This document shows positions 58,274 through 64,000 of a stretch of DNA of 64,000 bases, piece after piece. The stretch comes from Candidatus Omnitrophota bacterium (GTDB taxonomy: Bacteria; Omnitrophota; Gorgyraeia; Gygaellales; UBA12090), in the NCBI GenBank assembly GCA_023247895.1, contig JAHFFP010000001.1:1029-65028 (forward strand), given 5' to 3'. How positions within the stretch are numbered: position 1 is the first letter of the stretch; the number at the start of each line of letters is the position of its first letter. The translations under genes and the position numbers were made by a program. The notes beneath the pieces are model-generated. The model was given only the letters and a program-made list of their open reading frames with translations, did no database searches and was not told the DNA's origin.

Positions 58274-59758
58274 ATGTATAATACGTTTCTTATGTTAAAA
58301 ATCTTGCGCCATAAAGGGCTGGCTAAAAAAATCTTCTGGCTTATCATTGGGGTAATGGTGATTGCCTTTGTCCTCTGGGGAGCCGGTGCCTCTCGGCAAA
58401 GTTCAAAAACAACAGACTATTGCGGAGAAATATTCGGCAAAAAGATACCTTCTCAAGAGTTCTTCCAGCTCTATTCCTTTAACCTCAATAAATTGCGCCT
58501 GAGCGTAGGAGAAAAATATCAGGAATTACTGCCCTATCTTAACCTCAAGGAGCAAACATGGACACAACTCATCCTCTTAGCGCATGCCAAAAGGCTTACT
58601 CTCAAAGCTTCTGATCAAGAGGTAATTCAAAGCATCTCGGAAATGCCTCTATTCCTCAAAAACGGGAAATTTGACCAAGGGATATATCACAATGTAGTTC
58701 GTTATTTTTTTAACAGCAAACCCCGCGATTTTGAAGAACAAACCCGTAATGAGCTTACTCTCAAGAAACTCTTTGATGAACTTACCCGCACTGTCACTAT
58801 TAATGACGAAGAAGTCTTGGCAACCTATAAACACGAGCACGAGGCAATAAGTATAAATTATATCAAAGTTGAAGGAAAGGAATTTCTCGATAGTGCGCAA
58901 ATCTCTGATGATGAGTTAAAAGATTATTACCAAAAGAATGTAGAAAAGTTTAAGAGGCAGCCTTCGGTAAAAATTGAATATGTAGGCATACCTTACCCCC
59001 CAGAAGCACAAGAAGCCGAGCGCTTACAAATCTTTGAGCAAATGAAAACCCTGCACCCTAAAGTTAAAGGCGCGCACGAACTCAAAGAAATTGCGCGCGA
59101 GCCTCTTATATACCAACAAACTGGCTTCTTCACTATGGACGAATCTCCCGAAGAAATTAAATCCTATGAATTTTACCGGTATGCTTTTTCTCTTGCAGAA
59201 AAAGAAACAAGCCCTCTGATCCAGGCTTCTGACGGAGTGTATGCCTTACGCGTCATTCAAAAAAAGCCTTCTTATACACCTGATCTTAATGAGGTAAAAG
59301 AAAAGGTTTCTGAGGAACTGAAAGCTATAAAGGCAAAAGAATTTGCCAAAAAGAAGATTGAGGAATATAAACGCAAGATAGACGAACTACTAAAAGGCCA
59401 AAGCGCGGCGAAACTTAAAACTATCGCGCCCTTATTACCCAAAGAGCTCAAAACTAGTGCGGAATTTAAACGAGGCGGCCCTATCCCCGATATTGGACTC
59501 GAGAAAAATATAATTGATACCGCCTTCTCCCTTAAACCTGACCAGATAAGCGGTATACTAGAAACAAATTCAGCTTATTATATTATTGCGCAGGAGAAAT
59601 TTACGGGCATTGACGAAGAAAAATATAAACAAGAAAAGGAAACTTACCGCAAAGACTTATTAGAAAGAAAAAAGCAAAGCGCCTTCTCTGGGCCTGCGCA
59701 AGCAATCATAGAAAGAGCCAATCTTAAAGACTACACTGCATCACAACCTTCAAAATAA
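58274..59758 (+). CDS. SurA/PpiD-like periplasmic chaperone
   Basis: N-terminal TM, SurA_N-like and rotamase-like segments. Confidence 0.8.
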   Translation: MYNTFLMLKILRHKGLAKKIFWLIIGVMVIAFVLWGAGASRQSSKTTDYCGEIFGKKIPSQEFFQLYSFNLNKLRLSVGEKYQELLPYLNLKEQTWTQLILLAHAKRLTLKASDQEVIQSISEMPLFLKNGKFDQGIYHNVVRYFFNSKPRDFEEQTRNELTLKKLFDELTRTVTINDEEVLATYKHEHEAISINYIKVEGKEFLDSAQISDDELKDYYQKNVEKFKRQPSVKIEYVGIPYPPEAQEAERLQIFEQMKTLHPKVKGAHELKEIAREPLIYQQTGFFTMDESPEEIKSYEFYRYAFSLAEKETSPLIQASDGVYALRVIQKKPSYTPDLNEVKEKVSEELKAIKAKEFAKKKIEEYKRKIDELLKGQSAAKLKTIAPLLPKELKTSAEFKRGGPIPDIGLEKNIIDTAFSLKPDQISGILETNSAYYIIAQEKFTGIDEEKYKQEKETYRKDLLERKKQSAFSGPAQAIIERANLKDYTASQPSK

Positions 59759-59818
59759 TATAGGGAACAGCTCATGAACTGTTCCCTATATACTATTTAC
59801 AAACGTCAAACCTGTTCT

Positions 59819-60001
59819 TTACTCTACTTTAATACAGCTTACCGGACAGCTATCGGCTACTTCTTTTAAGTTATGATTTACTGTGCAGCTATGGCCTAAG
59901 ATATGGGCAATACCATCGCCTTGCACCTGAAACACCTCAGGGCAAGACTGTTCGCACAAACCGCATCCCACACACGTTGAAACATCTACGCTTACTTTCA
60001 T
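59819..60001 (-). CDS. Ferredoxin
   Basis: CVGCGLC...CP...CPVSCI. Confidence 0.9.
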   Translation of the reverse strand: MKVSVDVSTCVGCGLCEQSCPEVFQVQGDGIAHILGHSCTVNHNLKEVADSCPVSCIKVE

Positions 60002-60063
60002 TGTTTCTTCCTCCATGATTAAGGGACAGTTCTTGCCTTACGGGAAGTTCTGTCCCTGCATTT

Positions 60064-60996
60064 TTAAACTTTTGTCTGGGTGTTTACCGGCTGCGGTGCA
60101 GACGGATTTACAGGCTCCGGCCGCAGGCCGTATCGCTCAATATTATAATCCGCAATTGCCTGAATCTGTTTTATCTGCTCAGGAGAATTTATAATGTGCT
60201 TAAACCTTCCCTGGAATTTCAAATATTCTTCCACCGGCTTAATTTTGCTTAGCTTGCGCACCGCAGTTAACTTGCCATTTTCATACTCAATTAATGGATA
60301 GAGGCCTGTCTCAACCGCTAATTTCGCGATATCATACGTAAGCTCTGAATCATGCCTCCAGCCCAAAGGGCAGGGCACATGAATTTGGATATATTTCGGC
60401 CCTTTTATGGAAATGGCTTTCTTAATCTTCTTTTGAATATCCTGAGGATAACCCGACGAGGCAGTGGCAACATACGCCACTCCATGCGCTACTGCAATCT
60501 CCGGCATAGGCTTCTTTGGCCTGGGGTTACCCAATGATTGCTTACCTACAGGCGTTGTAGAGGTGCTCGTTTCAAAAGGCGTAAGCCCGCTACGCTGCAC
60601 CCCGGTATTCATATAAGCCTCATTATCATAACAAATTGATAAAATATCATGGCCTCTTTCCCACATCCCTGATAATGCCTGCAGCCCTATATCCGCAGTT
60701 CCTCCGTCTCCCGCCTGGCAGATAACGGTGGTCTTTTCTTTTTGCCCCAGAAATTTTAACGCTGCCTCAATCCCCGAAGCAACTGCAGCGGCATTTTCAA
60801 ACAAAGAATGTATCCAAGGAACTCCCCATGCAGATTCGGGATATTTGGTTGAAAAAACCTCGAGACAACCTGTATTATTTGCGATAATGGTATTCTTACC
60901 GGTTACATCTACTACCAGGCGCGCGGCAATTGCCTGTCCGCAGCCGGCGCAGGCGGTATGCCCTGAACTAAACAAGTGCCCGTTTTCTTGAGCCAT
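60064..60996 (-). CDS. porB: Pyruvate:ferredoxin oxidoreductase beta subunit
   Basis: CAGCG, GDGG, DNEAYMNTG. Confidence 0.93.
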   Translation of the reverse strand: MAQENGHLFSSGHTACAGCGQAIAARLVVDVTGKNTIIANNTGCLEVFSTKYPESAWGVPWIHSLFENAAAVASGIEAALKFLGQKEKTTVICQAGDGGTADIGLQALSGMWERGHDILSICYDNEAYMNTGVQRSGLTPFETSTSTTPVGKQSLGNPRPKKPMPEIAVAHGVAYVATASSGYPQDIQKKIKKAISIKGPKYIQIHVPCPLGWRHDSELTYDIAKLAVETGLYPLIEYENGKLTAVRKLSKIKPVEEYLKFQGRFKHIINSPEQIKQIQAIADYNIERYGLRPEPVNPSAPQPVNTQTKV

Positions 60997-62172
60997 TTAT
61001 ATAGTTTCCTCTAATAATTCAGGTTTCAAATCAATGTATTCTTCGCTTATAGGTTTTGGGCCTAAGCGCTTATATACCTCTTTAATAGAATCTATGGTAA
61101 TATCCCTTCCTCCTAAACCAATCACAAAACCGCTTATCACCGGGGACTTCTTTTTCCCGCTAAAGATAGAGCGGATTTCGCTTAAAAGAGGGCTATATGA
61201 CCCTATAGAAACTGCCTTTTCTAGCACCGCAACTTTAGGAATATCTTTTAGGGCCTGATAAATCGCGTCTATAGGAAACGGCCGATAGGTAACTATTTTT
61301 AACAGCCCTACCTTCTTGCCTTTGCTGCGCAGGCTATCTATCACATCTTTGGTTGTACCGCAGACTGAGCCCATTGCCACAATAACTTTTTGGGCGTCGT
61401 CAAGCCTATATGCCTCAATCAATCCGCCGCTTGAGCGGCCAAAGGTTCTTTGGAATTCAGCCTGAATCAAAGGAATTAATTTTAAAACATCCTTATGCGT
61501 TTCTGAAACCGCGAAGCGGGCTTCCATATAATAGTCAGGATCCACCAAGGGGCCCAACGTAAGAGGATTTTCAACATCCAATTTATACAAAGGCGTATAG
61601 GCAGGAAGGAAACTATCCACCTGCTCCTGGGTAGGCATATCTACCACTTCCAGCCCATGGGTCAGAATAAAGCCGTCCATATTCACCATTACCGGAAGCA
61701 TAATCTTCGGCGCTTCTCCTATGCGATAAGCCTGAATATGCAAATCTATGGCCTCCTGAATATTTTCCGCATGCATCTGAACCCAGCCGGAATCACGCAC
61801 GGTAATCGCGTCCTGATGGTCATTCCAGATATTTAAGGGCGCAGAAATTGCCCGGTTTGCGCAGGTCATAATTACCGGCAGGCGCATCCCCGCGATATTA
61901 AACACCACCTCAGCCATAAGCAGCAACCCTTGGGAACTGGTAGCAGTAAAAGAACGTACCCCTGTTGCTACCGAACCCAAGACCACGCTCGCTGCTGAAT
62001 GCTCTGACTCTACATTCACAAATTGTGCGTTCAGCTTACCGTCGGCAATTATCGAAGCCAATTCTTCAACGATATGCGTCTGGGGAGTAATAGGATATGC
62101 TGAAATAACTCCCGGCTTACACAATCTCACTGCCTCAGCAACCGCCTGTGAGCCTTCTAATAATTCATTCAT
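60997..62172 (-). CDS. porA: Pyruvate:ferredoxin oxidoreductase alpha subunit
   Basis: AYPITPQT, ESEHSA, TATSSQG. Confidence 0.93.
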   Translation of the reverse strand: MNELLEGSQAVAEAVRLCKPGVISAYPITPQTHIVEELASIIADGKLNAQFVNVESEHSAASVVLGSVATGVRSFTATSSQGLLLMAEVVFNIAGMRLPVIMTCANRAISAPLNIWNDHQDAITVRDSGWVQMHAENIQEAIDLHIQAYRIGEAPKIMLPVMVNMDGFILTHGLEVVDMPTQEQVDSFLPAYTPLYKLDVENPLTLGPLVDPDYYMEARFAVSETHKDVLKLIPLIQAEFQRTFGRSSGGLIEAYRLDDAQKVIVAMGSVCGTTKDVIDSLRSKGKKVGLLKIVTYRPFPIDAIYQALKDIPKVAVLEKAVSIGSYSPLLSEIRSIFSGKKKSPVISGFVIGLGGRDITIDSIKEVYKRLGPKPISEEYIDLKPELLEETI

Positions 62173-62429
62173 TTTTCTTCTTCCTTAACCATGCTAATGT
62201 CTTTTTTAGGACAAATTGCCGCGCAATTACCGCAACCTTTACAAAACTCATAATCACAGAGATAGGTGTTCTTTGCCTCGCCGCTCACGCAGGCTTCAGG
62301 GCAAATTAACACGCACATCTTACAGGCAATACAGTCCTTCTGTAAGAACTTCGGTTTAACCTCAACCCGCCAAGAACCGGTCTTATTTGCCTTTGCTGTT
62401 GCGGCTTTAGAAATCAATGGCCCAAACAT
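62169..62429 (-). CDS. porD: POR delta subunit
   Basis: TGSWR, two 4Fe-4S motifs. Confidence 0.92.
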   Translation of the reverse strand: MFGPLISKAATAKANKTGSWRVEVKPKFLQKDCIACKMCVLICPEACVSGEAKNTYLCDYEFCKGCGNCAAICPKKDISMVKEEEK

Positions 62430-62446
62430 TTTAAGTCACCTTGCCT

Positions 62447-63028
62447 TTATTTTGCAGCCGCGAATACCTTCCGTGTGGCTGCGGCCTTCTTAGTAAGAAT
62501 GTAATCATAGCCTTTTTTGGAGGCTAAGAGATTCTGATCAACAGCTTTCCCGGAAAATCGGTGTTTAATTGACTCAAATAAGGAATCTAATTTTATTTCA
62601 TCTGTTGCCGCGACAAATGCCCCCAAAAGCGCGGTATTGCCTAAAGGCCTGCCTATAGTTTCCATAGCAATGTCATTTGCGGGGACTACATAAATCTTCT
62701 GGGTTGGCCTATGTTCAGGGACAGGGAAAGATTCTCTTTCATTGATTATCGCAATGCCGTTTTCCTTAAAACCTTTAAAGCAATTAAATCCCCGTAAAAG
62801 CGTGGCATCGGAAATCAAAAGATAATCCGGCTCATAAATCTGGGACCTCAGGCGCACCGGTTTATCGTCAACCCGCACAAAGGCATTCATCGGCGCGCCC
62901 ATACGCGCCGCCCCAAAATTCGGGAAGGCGTAGGGAAACTTTCCCTCTATAAAATAGGCGTAGCCAAGAATGGTTGCCGTAGTAATCGCGCCTTGGCCTG
63001 CCCTCGCGTGAATCCTTATTTCTTTCAT
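62447..63028 (-). CDS. porC: POR gamma subunit
   Basis: EIRIHARAGQG, FG..R.GAP, NTALLGA. Confidence 0.92.
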   Translation of the reverse strand: MKEIRIHARAGQGAITTATILGYAYFIEGKFPYAFPNFGAARMGAPMNAFVRVDDKPVRLRSQIYEPDYLLISDATLLRGFNCFKGFKENGIAIINERESFPVPEHRPTQKIYVVPANDIAMETIGRPLGNTALLGAFVAATDEIKLDSLFESIKHRFSGKAVDQNLLASKKGYDYILTKKAAATRKVFAAAK

Positions 63029-63107
63029 CGTGTAAGCCTTGTATTCCTTATTGCTATTTTCCTCGTGCTATTTGACAAAATAGGCACGGAATAAAAAATT
63101 ATACCAC

Positions 63108-63527
63108 TCAATTTGAATTTTGCAATGTTTTTTTATCGTCTCTTTTACCAGCCTTTCTTATCTGCGCAGGCGTTCCAAAGATATTCTTGAATGCCTCTTC
63201 AAAATCATACACATCCTTAAAATCACCCAGGGAATCTTCTTCCGTCTTTGAAAGCAACTTAGCATTTATCATATTATAGACTATGTTGCCAATATCAATA
63301 GTTTTATGTATGCCCCAGTGGCCCAGAACAGCCTTAGCCATTGGGCCATATTGTTCAATGGCAAAGTCACGCATCCCAAGCGCCAGCTCACGCCCGCTCA
63401 AGTGGCCTTGCTTTTTAAGCTTTTTCTGGGCAAAATGAAGCGCCTGAATAACAAACTCATAGCTATCAGGCTTATAACGGCTATCTTTAGCATAAATAAC
63501 GTCAACTGCTTTTATAAAATCTATCAT
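63108..63527 (-). CDS. Conserved hypothetical protein (Minf_1886-like)
   Basis: HLSGREL...GPMA..VL..WG..T.DIG.IVY pattern. Confidence 0.7.
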   Translation of the reverse strand: MIDFIKAVDVIYAKDSRYKPDSYEFVIQALHFAQKKLKKQGHLSGRELALGMRDFAIEQYGPMAKAVLGHWGIHKTIDIGNIVYNMINAKLLSKTEEDSLGDFKDVYDFEEAFKNIFGTPAQIRKAGKRDDKKTLQNSN

Positions 63528-63718
63528 CGTAAAAGTATCCTATCTTTATCCGCCAACCTGGTTTTCTTATCCCCTACTAACTCGCTGCAATGAGCGCAAT
63601 AATACTCAAACAAATAACCATCCGGCAAAATCAAAAGCAGGCGTTCCCGCACCGGCATAGAGCCGCCGCAATTATTACAATACAGATGGGTAGCCTTTAA
63701 ATCGTCATACTGTTTCAT
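63524..63718 (-). CDS. Small zinc-ribbon protein
   Basis: YCNNC...LLLILPDG...YCAHC. Confidence 0.75.
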   Translation of the reverse strand: MKQYDDLKATHLYCNNCGGSMPVRERLLLILPDGYLFEYYCAHCSELVGDKKTRLADKDRILLR

Positions 63719-63734
63719 ACGTTCATCGTCCTTC

Positions 63735-63995
63735 TCACATCAACCCGGGGATATTTAATCCTGTAACTGCCTTCATCTTATCCGCGGCGATATCGTGCGA
63801 ACGCTTGATCGCGCGGTTACACGTATCTTTTAATTTCAGCGCAAAAGCATTCGTATCAGCAACCTCACCCTGGATTTTGATATCCTTTATCTCCTGAGAA
63901 CCATTCATCATAATTTTTACTGCTTTGTCAGGGCTTTCAATTTCAAAGGTAGTTGCATCCAGCTCCCGTTTCAACTCTTCCATCTTTTTCTTCAT
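63735..63995 (-). CDS. YbaB/EbfC nucleoid-associated protein (5' end outside window)
   Basis: VKIMMNGSQEI...MKAVTGLNIPG. Confidence 0.8.
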   Translation of the reverse strand: MKKKMEELKRELDATTFEIESPDKAVKIMMNGSQEIKDIKIQGEVADTNAFALKLKDTCNRAIKRSHDIAADKMKAVTGLNIPGLM

Positions 63996-64000
63996 ATCCC

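Noticed and set aside
30210-63593. Numerous plus-strand short ORFs opposite housekeeping genes
   Set aside because: Antisense shadows of well-supported minus-strand genes.

Overview
Bacterial chromosome segment from a diderm anaerobe. The gene content (fused lpxC-fabZ, lpxI, bamA, split transketolase, four-subunit POR, archease-rtcB) suggests a PVC-superphylum organism such as Candidatus Omnitrophota; this is inference only. Bases ~30,000-64,000 are mostly minus-strand housekeeping genes. Bases 1-30,000 are accessory DNA hanging off the 3' ends of three tRNA-Ser genes (GGA, CGA, TGA) downstream of serS. Two main signals stand out. (1) A large serine recombinase (LSR) has its attP inside its own gene. 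The integrated ORF reads through the antisense tRNA-Ser(CGA); re-joining the island ends would swap in an in-frame HTH-like C-terminus. Similar orphan 'TGG-CGG (Trp-Arg) + integrase-tail' modules bound integrase-less cassettes at all three tRNA-Ser genes, giving an integron-like arrangement. (2) Inside the 13-kb island, one apparent operon joins a structured leader/ncRNA, a small ORF, a retron-type reverse transcriptase, a small TM protein, a SLATT 2TM effector and a CD-NTase/SMODS cyclase interrupted by an amber codon. This is a candidate retron-CBASS hybrid. Also present: a type III R-M system, an MNT-HEPN pair, a stand-alone SecY paralog between 340-bp inverted repeats, and several single-lesion pseudogenes including rtcB. 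All family calls come from reading motifs by eye, not from database searches.
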